A stretch of 64,000 nt of DNA, taken from a virus. A model generated the notes under the pieces. It saw only the letters and a list, made by a program, of their open reading frames with translations. It ran no database searches and was not told where the DNA came from. The first letter of the stretch is position 1. Every line of letters starts with the position of its first letter. The stretch is from positions 33,778 to 97,777 of the IMG/VR virus record IMGVR_UViG_3300020160_000328, one strand, 5' to 3'. Of the stretch, positions 29,053 through 36,697 are shown in pieces. The position numbers and the translations under genes were made by a program.

Positions 29053-29198
29053 AAAGAAGAGTAGTAAAAAGAAAGTTACTTCTATGTGGCAGACGTAGTA
29101 TAGGTTCAAATCCTGTCATACTCCCTAAAGTAATACAAATGGAGTATGTAGTGTAATTGGTTAGCACACGAAAATTACTTTCTTTATTTTCTCTCTTT
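29053..29198 (+). ncRNA. Y-RNA-like scaffold copy 5; cargo is a circularly permuted tRNA domain (YrlA architecture)
   Basis: T-arm, then catactcc-loop-ggagtatg closed acceptor stem, then D-arm, inside gaagag/ctcttt and aaagaaag/ctttcttt. Confidence 0.8.
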
Positions 29199-29202
29199 AA
29201 TT

Positions 29203-29273
29203 CTAGAAACGAAGCTAGGTTTCATGCCACACTTGGACTGTGGAGTACGCAAGTTCGAATCTTGCTTTCTAGA
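29203..29273 (+). tRNA. tRNA-Pro(TGG), reduced D-arm
   Basis: CTAGAAA/TTTCTAG; CCACA-CTTGGAC-TGTGG. Confidence 0.75.
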
Positions 29274-29294
29274 CTAATTTAAAACTAAACTATC

Positions 29295-29486
29295 ATGTCA
29301 AAATCAGAAACATCAAGTAAAGGTATAGGTTTTGGAGGATTATTAACAGTACTATTTATTGGTTTGAAACTTACAAATCATATTGCATGGTCTTGGTGGT
29401 GGGTATTATCTCCACTATGGTTACCTGCTGTAATAGTATTAGGAATAGTCTTAATTGCTTTAATTTTTAAAGCTGTATTAACTTAA
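29295..29486 (+). CDS. Small membrane protein
   Basis: LFIGLKLT..IAWSWWWVLSPLW, a common phage membrane family pattern. Confidence 0.75.
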   Translation: MSKSETSSKGIGFGGLLTVLFIGLKLTNHIAWSWWWVLSPLWLPAVIVLGIVLIALIFKAVLT

Positions 29487-29491
29487 TACAT

Positions 29492-29562
29492 TCCCCTGAA
29501 GCTTTAAGGTGAAGCACATCACTTTTAATGATGGGAAGTTGGGTCAGTACCACCCAGGGGAA
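29492..29562 (+). tRNA. tRNA-Lys(TTT) with non-canonical T-loop
   Basis: CATCA-CTTTTAA-TGATG; T-loop GTCAGTA. Confidence 0.75.
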
Positions 29563-29567
29563 CAATT

Positions 29568-29650
29568 GCAAGAGTGGCTTAATAACGAACTGGTATAGTA
29601 AGTAGTTTTAGAAACTACTAGCTTTGTGGGTTCAACTCCCACCTCTTGTA
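29568..29650 (+). tRNA. tRNA-Leu(TAG), atypical
   Basis: GCAAGAG/CTCTTGT; loop TTTAGAA; short variable arm, enlarged D region. Confidence 0.7.
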
Positions 29651-29657
29651 CAACAAT

Positions 29658-29743
29658 GCCTTCATGGTGGAATGGTAGACACGAGGGACTTAAAATCCCT
29701 TCCTCAGAAATGGGGGGTGCAAGTTCGAGTCTTGCTGGAGGTA
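29658..29743 (+). tRNA. tRNA-Leu(TAA)
   Basis: Class II cloverleaf. Confidence 0.9.
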
Positions 29744-29872
29744 CAAGTATTGCAAAGATACTGATTAAAAACCTGTTCCCTGTCCTCATAACAGCTATAA
29801 GGCAGCTAGGAGTTGAATGTACATTCGGGGTTATAAAAAGTACAAGGGTAAGTTAGGGTTCTTACCAAATTT

Positions 29873-29958
29873 GGAGAGGTGTCAGAGATGGATTATTGTA
29901 TCACTCTTGAAAAGTGATGGGTGTAACAGCCCCCTGGGTTCGAATCCCAGTCTCTCCT
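29873..29958 (+). tRNA. tRNA-Ser(TGA)
   Basis: Class II cloverleaf. Confidence 0.9.
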
Positions 29959-30123
29959 CAACATCCTGTACCCTTGAATCTTTGCTTTATATGTGGATAA
30001 AGCTCCCTGTATAAACATAAAAAGAGTAAACTCGTGAGCAAGTAATATTGTGGCAAACAGGATTAACTTGTGGCAAGCAGGTACTGGACCTGAAATAAAA
30101 GGGTAATAGAATAAGGTCCAAAT

Positions 30124-30206
30124 AGAGAGGTGGCAGAGTGGTTTATTGCACAGTCCTGCTAAGACTGCGGGTGTAAAAGCTCCAAGAGTTCGAATCTCTT
30201 ATTCTG
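30124..30206 (+). tRNA. tRNA-Ser(GCT), 3' acceptor strand damaged
   Basis: CAGTC-CTGCTAA-GACTG and long variable arm; 3' attctg pairs poorly with agagagg. Confidence 0.65.
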
Positions 30207-30215
30207 CACATTTTT

Positions 30216-30287
30216 GCTGCGTTAGTGAAGGGGTTAACACGTATCACTTTCTATGATAAGGCATGAGTTCGAATCTCATACGCAGTA
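30216..30287 (+). tRNA. tRNA-Glu(TTC)
   Basis: Cloverleaf. Confidence 0.85.
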
Positions 30288-30289
30288 CA

Positions 30290-30367
30290 ATAACAGTAGT
30301 AAATGAAAGGTTACTTCGTAAATTTATGGTATTTAACAACACAAACTTTTCAAATCTTCTCTGTTAT
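30290..30367 (+). ncRNA. Y-RNA-like scaffold copy 6 (short cargo)
   Basis: ataacag/ctgttat, tgaaagg/cttttca, TTACTTCG. Confidence 0.75.
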
Positions 30368-30370
30368 CTT

Positions 30371-30443
30371 GGGCTTGGAGCATGACTGGATATGCACTAC
30401 ACTTGCACTGTAGATTATGTGGGTTCGAATCCCATCAGGTCCA
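30371..30443 (+). tRNA. tRNA-Ala(TGC)
   Basis: Cloverleaf with G3:U70. Confidence 0.9.
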
Positions 30444-30463
30444 CAAATTAAAACAATAATATT

Positions 30464-31228
30464 ATGACTAAAAAATTATGCGTACAACTTGGATTAAGAG
30501 AAAAAGTTGAGACAAATTTCAAGAATATGCTTGATGATATGTTCAAGAAATTTAAGAACAATCAAGGAATATTCTTTGGAGAAAGAAAAACTTATCAAGC
30601 CTTAGATGGTTTTGCTGATGAACCTACTAAAAGAGGTTTCACTAATGTACAGTCTACTGTAGGAGAGCAATTAGCTTGGATGGAAGAACACACTAAAGAC
30701 TTTATGGATGTAATCTTTAGTATTGAGAAAACAAATGCTTCAGGAGTAGTTGTAGCTGAACTAGTAGTAGATGGAGAATCTTGGGGAACTTATAGCTCAT
30801 TAGAGTTACTTAGATTAAAAACTACATTAGATAATTCTAAATATAAAGAATTATACAAAGAAATTCCTATTAGACCACAAACAGAGTTATGGGCATTATC
30901 TGATGATGAAGCTTTTACAGGTAAATTAGTGTATGAAACTCCTATTGATGAAGGTTATTCTAAAACTACAGTTAAGGAATCTTATATCTTACCTGATTTA
31001 CAACAAGGAAGACCTCCACAAGTTGCGGAGAAATCTAATCAAGTAAATATTGGTAAATATACCACTCAAAGATTTACTGGTGCTATTTCACTACAAGAAA
31101 GAGCAGTAATGCAAAGAAAATATGACACTTTATATAAAGCTGTTATAGAAGCATTAGAAAATGCAAACAATGTTGATTCATTAGAATCAGATTTAGGTAC
31201 AAAAATTATGAAATATCTTCATAATTAA
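30464..31228 (+). CDS. Uncharacterised helical protein inside the RNA island
   Basis: 254-aa ORF, the only large protein gene among the tRNAs. Confidence 0.75.
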   Translation: MTKKLCVQLGLREKVETNFKNMLDDMFKKFKNNQGIFFGERKTYQALDGFADEPTKRGFTNVQSTVGEQLAWMEEHTKDFMDVIFSIEKTNASGVVVAELVVDGESWGTYSSLELLRLKTTLDNSKYKELYKEIPIRPQTELWALSDDEAFTGKLVYETPIDEGYSKTTVKESYILPDLQQGRPPQVAEKSNQVNIGKYTTQRFTGAISLQERAVMQRKYDTLYKAVIEALENANNVDSLESDLGTKIMKYLHN

Positions 31229-31235
31229 AAAATAA

Positions 31236-31447
31236 AGACTCTAGCTTTAGCATTAGATTTAGCACTTTGATAGCATTCGTTAGAATAAGTGTTGTGAGTC
31301 AAGCTTTAGTGTGAGCAATGTAGAAAGCCAATAGACTATATATTTCCATGTCAGGGGTTCAAATCCCCTACAGTCCTCTAATTAAAAGATAGCACAGGGA
31401 CTGTTAGTTCAGTGGTAGAACAGGAATTTTAAGCTTAAAATCTATTG
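31236..31447 (+). ncRNA. ncRNA: AG-repeat tract plus circularly permuted tRNA-like domain
   Basis: T-arm agggg-ttcaaat-cccct, acagtcc...ggactgt, D-arm gttc-agtggta-gaac, closed by ttcc/ggaa and caataga/tctattg. Confidence 0.75.
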
Positions 31448-31505
31448 AATGTGAGTAAACACAAAAACCTCCACAACGAAGGATATTGACCTGTGGAGGT
31501 TATAT

Positions 31506-31580
31506 ATGGGAGTATGCCAAACTGGAAGAGCAGTTTTAAGCTATCAAAAATGTGTAGTAGTTCGAATCTACTCTCCCATA
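31506..31580 (+). pseudogene. tRNA-like gene (Gln-like body) with degenerate anticodon arm
   Basis: atgggag/ctcccat and T-arm intact; anticodon region ttttaagctatcaaaa is non-canonical. Confidence 0.55.
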
Positions 31581-31689
31581 CGGATGTTTCCTTGTAGCTT
31601 ATAGAAAAGAAACAAGGTGGTGGAGTCAAACTGTAAATCAGTCAGACCTAAAGTAGTTTCCCTCTCTCTACTTTAAAAAAAGGGGTCAA

Positions 31690-31760
31690 TCTCTAATAGT
31701 GTAATGGTAACACACAACACTTTGACTGTTGTATTCTTAGTTCGAGTCTAGGTTAGAGAA
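31690..31760 (+). tRNA. tRNA-Gln(TTG)
   Basis: Cloverleaf. Confidence 0.88.
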
Positions 31761-31942
31761 CAAAAAACTTAATATTGTATCCTGTTTTAGATACGTACAG
31801 TATTATTACATTGATTTACGTATTGCCTGGTGTTGTACAACACATTATTGAAGGGCTATGTGTAGTAAGTGAACTCTATTAAGTTTTTATAGGTATTTAA
31901 TATAATGAAGAATTGAAAGTTATATTACTACCTTTTTTACAT

Positions 31943-32016
31943 GGTGATTGTAGCTGAATTGGTAAAGCTCCTGATTGTGGTTCAGAGGATTGTGGGTTCG
32001 AGTCCCACCTTTCACA
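31943..32016 (+). tRNA. tRNA-His(GTG)
   Basis: G-1 present; loop TTGTGGT; two acceptor mismatches. Confidence 0.75.
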
Positions 32017-32353
32017 CTATTTATAAATCACTTGCTTGAAGATAAACAATAAGTAAGGGGAAATGATACCCATTAACTAAAATGATTATACTTATAAACT
32101 GTACTAGCAGTTGTGTTTATTGTAAAGGTATATTATTACAGGATATGTTAAAAACAGAGTAATTACTGTTATAGAGTTAAATTCTTTATTGAGGAGATAC
32201 CTTTAGACATTATAATATATTCCACTAGAATTTGGACAAGTGATTTTTTATTTTGGTTGTTTCAAAGATATTTATTATCTTTACATCAGGTTTTAGTATC
32301 TTACTATCTAATAATACTAGGAGTATGAAGAAGTAAATCTGAAGCCTATATTT

Positions 32354-32426
32354 GTTTCTATGGGAAAATGGTTAATCCACAGGTCTGCAAAACCTTGAGG
32401 TACTAGTTCGAATCTAGTTAGAAACT
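32354..32426 (+). tRNA. tRNA-Cys(GCA)
   Basis: GTTTCTA/TAGAAAC-T; loop CTGCAAA. Confidence 0.85.
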
Positions 32427-32469
32427 CTAAACTATTTTCTAGACATTGATAGTTTTATATTTAAGTTTT

Positions 32470-32499
32470 AAGTCTGTACAGAAATGTACAGACTTTTTT
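32470..32499 (+). terminator. Intrinsic terminator closing the tRNA cluster
   Basis: aagtctgtaca-gaaa-tgtacagactt plus T run. Confidence 0.85.
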
Positions 32500-32521
32500 G
32501 TTTAATCTAATTTTAATTTAT

Positions 32522-32632
32522 ATGAATCCAGAAGAAGATATTAAAGAATTTGAATGCCAAGAATGTGGTGCACCTATGGAGAAAGATAAGACTTATTGCT
32601 CTGATGATTGTTTCAAAGCAAGTCAACTATAA
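32522..32632 (+). CDS. Tiny Zn-finger protein (36 aa)
   Basis: CQECG...YCSDDC. Confidence 0.55.
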   Translation: MNPEEDIKEFECQECGAPMEKDKTYCSDDCFKASQL

Positions 32633-33176
32633 ATAAATATTAGCTAATTTGATATATGAACAACAGCATGGGATGTAGCTTATTTCTATCAAATAGTTTA
32701 AATTATAAAATAACTTTTGACAAACACTGGGTGTTATTTATTAGGAAGATATTGGTATATTATAACAACACAGATTGTGAGGAATTATTGATAATTAGCT
32801 AGATTTATATTAATTTAAAAACTTAAAAAATGGGAAAACCTAAATCAATAAATAGAAAGATCAAAAGAGGGCATATTCAAGTACCTAAACTAAAGTTTGA
32901 AGAATATATAGATGGATATTATACTGACCCTATTTTAGGAGGTATAAACCCTATATGGAAGAAAAGAATTGTTTTTAATTAGTATATCACTTCCCACAAG
33001 TCATATTGCATAGTTTCTATTAGAAACTGATTGTATTTACAATCACACAACATATCGTAGTTTCTAATAGTATTCTTTGGAAACCCTTGTATTAAATTGT
33101 GAAGCCCTCTAGGCTTTCTTTTTTCTTACAAGGGTTTCCTTTTATTATTGTGTTACCTTAAATAAGACTTAAGTCT

Positions 33177-35057
33177 ATGCAGTACACAGTTTTTGATATA
33201 GAGACAGATGGATTATTGGATTCAGTCACCAAAATACACTGTTTGTCCTATAGAACTTTTATCAATGGGGAAGAGATAGAAAAAGGTTCAATAACAGATT
33301 ATAATGAAATTATAGATTTCATTACAAACCAAGAGATTTTAGTTGGTCATAATATTGTAAGATATGATATACCTGTATTAGAGAAGATACTAGATATTCA
33401 TATTAAAGCTAGACTTATAGATACTTTAGCTTTATCATGGTATTTATACCCAACAAGAATCAAACATGGTTTAGAAAATTGGGGTGAAGAATTAGGTGTT
33501 AAAAAGCCTATCATTTTAGATTGGAATAACTTACATATAAATGATTACATACACAGATGTAATAGTGATGTTGAGATAAATTATCTCCTATTTCACAAAC
33601 AAATGTCTTATTTAATTATATTATATGAAGGTAATCCAGATAAAGTAAACAACCTTATAAACTATTTAGTATACAAATTAGATTGTGCAAGAGAACAGGA
33701 AGAAGTTGGATGTAAGATAGATAGGGAATTAGTAGTTACAAGTTTAGAACAACTTAATATTTTAAAAAAAGAAAAAGTAGATGCTCTTAGTGAAGCAATG
33801 CCTAAGAATATAAAATTTAAGGAAACTACTAAACCTAAAAAACTTAATAAAAAAGATGGTTCTCTATCCAGTGCAGGTATTAAATGGTATGAATTACTAG
33901 ATAGCCACAATCTAGATCCTGAGTATAGTGAGACTGTATTTAGTGTCATATCAGAAGAGCCAGGAAATCCTGCAAGTTCTATACAATTAAAAGATTGGTT
34001 AAACTCTTTAGGGTGGGTGCCAAGAACATTTGAGTATAGAAAGAATACATTAGGTGAGGTCAATGCAGTTCCACAAATATATGTGGATGATGCTGTATGT
34101 AATTCTATAAAGGATTTATATCCTATAGAACCTTCATTAGAGAATTTAGATATGTTATCCTTGATTAATCATAGGATAGGTATATTTGAATCTTTCTTAA
34201 GTTCTATGAACTCAGAAGATTATGTAAGAGCTGAAATAGCTGGATTTACTAATACTCTAAGATTCAAACATAAGAAGCCTATAGTTAATTTACCTAAAGT
34301 ATTTAAGTTCTATGGAGAGCAAATTAGAGGTTCTATTATATCTCCTACTTATGCACATTTATTATGTGGTTCAGATATGTCTTCATTAGAAGATAGTACT
34401 AAACAACATTATATGTATTTCTTTGACCCTGAATATGTAATACAAATGAGAATACCAGGATTTGATCCTCATTTAGATATTGCAGTATTATCAGGTATGT
34501 TAACTCCTGAACAAGTAGAACAACATAAAAAGAAAGAAGTAGATTACTCTCAAATTAGAAATAAAGCTAAAACTGTAAACTTTGCTGGAGTTTATGGAGC
34601 AGGACCACCTAAAATAGCACAATCTACAGGTATGCCTTTGGAACAGGCTCAAAAACTACACAAAACTTATTGGGAAAGAAATAAAGCTGTTAAGCAAGTA
34701 GCTAGTACAGTTAAAACTAAAACCACTAAAGTAGATGGTGTAGAACAAATGTGGTTACTTAATCCTGTATCAGGATTTTGGTATTCACTAAGGTATGAGA
34801 AAGATAAGTTTAGTACTTTGAATCAAGGTACAGGAGTGTACTGCTTTGACTTATGGGTTAAAGAAGTTAGGTCAAGAGGTATTAAGTTGATGTTACAGTA
34901 TCATGATGAGATTGCATTTCCATTACTAAAAGTAAGGAAAGATGAAATTGAAAAGATACTCTTAGAGTCTATAGAAGCTGTTAATAATATAGTTAAACTA
35001 AATGTCCCACTTGGAGTAAGTGTGGATTTTGGTGATAATTATGCTAAAATACACTAA
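33177..35057 (+). CDS. polA: DNA polymerase family A with 3'-5' exonuclease
   Basis: DIETDG, GHNIVRYD, motif A DMSSLE, motif B RNKAKTVNFAGVYG, motif C YHDEI. Confidence 0.92.
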   Translation: MQYTVFDIETDGLLDSVTKIHCLSYRTFINGEEIEKGSITDYNEIIDFITNQEILVGHNIVRYDIPVLEKILDIHIKARLIDTLALSWYLYPTRIKHGLENWGEELGVKKPIILDWNNLHINDYIHRCNSDVEINYLLFHKQMSYLIILYEGNPDKVNNLINYLVYKLDCAREQEEVGCKIDRELVVTSLEQLNILKKEKVDALSEAMPKNIKFKETTKPKKLNKKDGSLSSAGIKWYELLDSHNLDPEYSETVFSVISEEPGNPASSIQLKDWLNSLGWVPRTFEYRKNTLGEVNAVPQIYVDDAVCNSIKDLYPIEPSLENLDMLSLINHRIGIFESFLSSMNSEDYVRAEIAGFTNTLRFKHKKPIVNLPKVFKFYGEQIRGSIISPTYAHLLCGSDMSSLEDSTKQHYMYFFDPEYVIQMRIPGFDPHLDIAVLSGMLTPEQVEQHKKKEVDYSQIRNKAKTVNFAGVYGAGPPKIAQSTGMPLEQAQKLHKTYWERNKAVKQVASTVKTKTTKVDGVEQMWLLNPVSGFWYSLRYEKDKFSTLNQGTGVYCFDLWVKEVRSRGIKLMLQYHDEIAFPLLKVRKDEIEKILLESIEAVNNIVKLNVPLGVSVDFGDNYAKIH

Positions 35058-35058
35058 T

Positions 35059-36165
35059 ATGGAAGATAAGTCAATTATACAACAACAGATAGTAAACTCT
35101 TTACCTAATCCTTGTCATGGATTATTAAACTTAGCTCCTAGAGTTGGTAAAACTAAAATTGGTATAGATATTATCAAGAAAGAAAAACCTAAAAAGATAT
35201 TATGGGTAACACCTAATACTAAATTAAGAGATATAGACATTCCTGCTGAATTTAAGCAATGGAAAGCTGTTAGTTATTTAAGAAAAACAGATATTATATG
35301 TTATGCTTCTTTAGCAGAACATAAAGGTAAGTATGACTTGGTTATACTTGATGAGTATCAAGATTTAACACCTGCAAATAGTGAACCTTTATTTAATAGA
35401 AATATTAGATATAACACTATTATAGGTTTATCAGGTACTCATCCTAATCATAAAGAAAAGCATGATTTATATAATAGATTGAACTTAAGTATACTAACTA
35501 GTATGACTATTGATGAAGCAGTAGATAGTGGTCTTATAGCTCCTTATAGTATTAAAATAATAGAGTTAAGGTTAGATAATAAAGATAAGTATATTAAAGG
35601 AGGTAGTGTAGCTAAACCTTTTCTTCAAACAGAAGAAAGTAGATACATATACCTTAGTAGACTTATCAATATTAAACAATTCTCAGGACAATTAGTTCCA
35701 AAGTTTTTTTATCTAAATAGAATGAGGTTTATATATAATCTCAAATCAAAACAAGAATTTGCTAAGAAGTTTGTGGCTGGACTTCAAGGAAGAACTCTTG
35801 TTTTCACAGGTAGTATCTCTCAAGCAGAAGAATTATCTGAACATACTTATCATTCTAAAACAGATGATAAGAAATTAAATCTATTCCTAAAAGGTGATAT
35901 AGATACATTAGCTTGTGTAAATGCAGGTGGTGTTGGTTTTACCTATAGAGATGTAGATAATTTTGTTATAGTTCAAGTTAACTCTGATGGTAAAGGAGAT
36001 GCTACACAAAAAATAGCTAGAAGTCTTGTTCTACAAGACAACTATAAAGCTAATATCTTTATACTATGTGTAATTAATACTGTTGATGAAGATTGGAAAA
36101 ATAAAGTGTTGAAGAATTTTAACACTGAAAATGTAGAACACATAAGTTATAAAAATTATGAGTAG
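35059..36165 (+). CDS. Superfamily 2 helicase
   Basis: APRVGKT, ILDEYQ, GLSGT, QKIAR. Confidence 0.8.
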   Translation: MEDKSIIQQQIVNSLPNPCHGLLNLAPRVGKTKIGIDIIKKEKPKKILWVTPNTKLRDIDIPAEFKQWKAVSYLRKTDIICYASLAEHKGKYDLVILDEYQDLTPANSEPLFNRNIRYNTIIGLSGTHPNHKEKHDLYNRLNLSILTSMTIDEAVDSGLIAPYSIKIIELRLDNKDKYIKGGSVAKPFLQTEESRYIYLSRLINIKQFSGQLVPKFFYLNRMRFIYNLKSKQEFAKKFVAGLQGRTLVFTGSISQAEELSEHTYHSKTDDKKLNLFLKGDIDTLACVNAGGVGFTYRDVDNFVIVQVNSDGKGDATQKIARSLVLQDNYKANIFILCVINTVDEDWKNKVLKNFNTENVEHISYKNYE

Positions 36166-36697
36166 AAAGAAGATAACATTGGATTTTAACCCAGAGATTA
36201 AAGAGATATTTAATTCAAATTCTATTTCACTACATGATGGATTAAGTTATTTACTATGTTTATATTATGGTACAGACCCAAGTTTTATTCCTAAAGAGCT
36301 AGAAAGGAAAGTCCTAGCAACCAATATAGTCACAAAAGACTATAGTAATGATCAAGTAAAATGGAATAAGAGTCTGTTTGAAGAAACAGAAATTGGGTTT
36401 GAATGGATTGGAGAATGGATGGACTTATTTAAAGATAAGAATCCTGAAAGAAGAGGTATCAAAGCTGATGTATTAAAAAGAATGAAAAAGTTCTTTGTTA
36501 ATAATCCTTCTATTAGAAGAGAACAAGTCTTTGATGCTACTCAAATGTACCTAAGAACAGTAGATAACCCTATTTATTGTAAAAAGTCTCACAAATTCAT
36601 TTATGAACTAGATGGTAGTTCTATGTTATTAGATTATGTAGAAAGAATCCCTACAAATAGGATTAGTGTTCAACAAAAATATGATGATGTAATATAA
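36158..36697 (+). CDS. Hypothetical replication-module protein
   Basis: Lies between two helicase genes. Confidence 0.5.
   Translation: MSRKKITLDFNPEIKEIFNSNSISLHDGLSYLLCLYYGTDPSFIPKELERKVLATNIVTKDYSNDQVKWNKSLFEETEIGFEWIGEWMDLFKDKNPERRGIKADVLKRMKKFFVNNPSIRREQVFDATQMYLRTVDNPIYCKKSHKFIYELDGSSMLLDYVERIPTNRISVQQKYDDVI

Noticed and set aside
27535-30367. TTACTTCG repeats as a CRISPR array or DNA repeat
   Set aside because: Spacing is irregular, only short motifs are identical, flanks covary as RNA stems, and there are no cas genes
27915-31629. Short ORFs overlapping the RNA island (27915-28160, 28003-28185, 28625-28837, 28961-29167, 29544-29789, 29626-29856, 29817-30014, 31435-31629)
   Set aside because: They overlap tRNA/ncRNA genes and are shadow translations
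32025-32246. RNase P RNA or 6S RNA assignment
   Set aside because: Hallmark conserved sequences were not found; kept only as an unassigned ncRNA candidate
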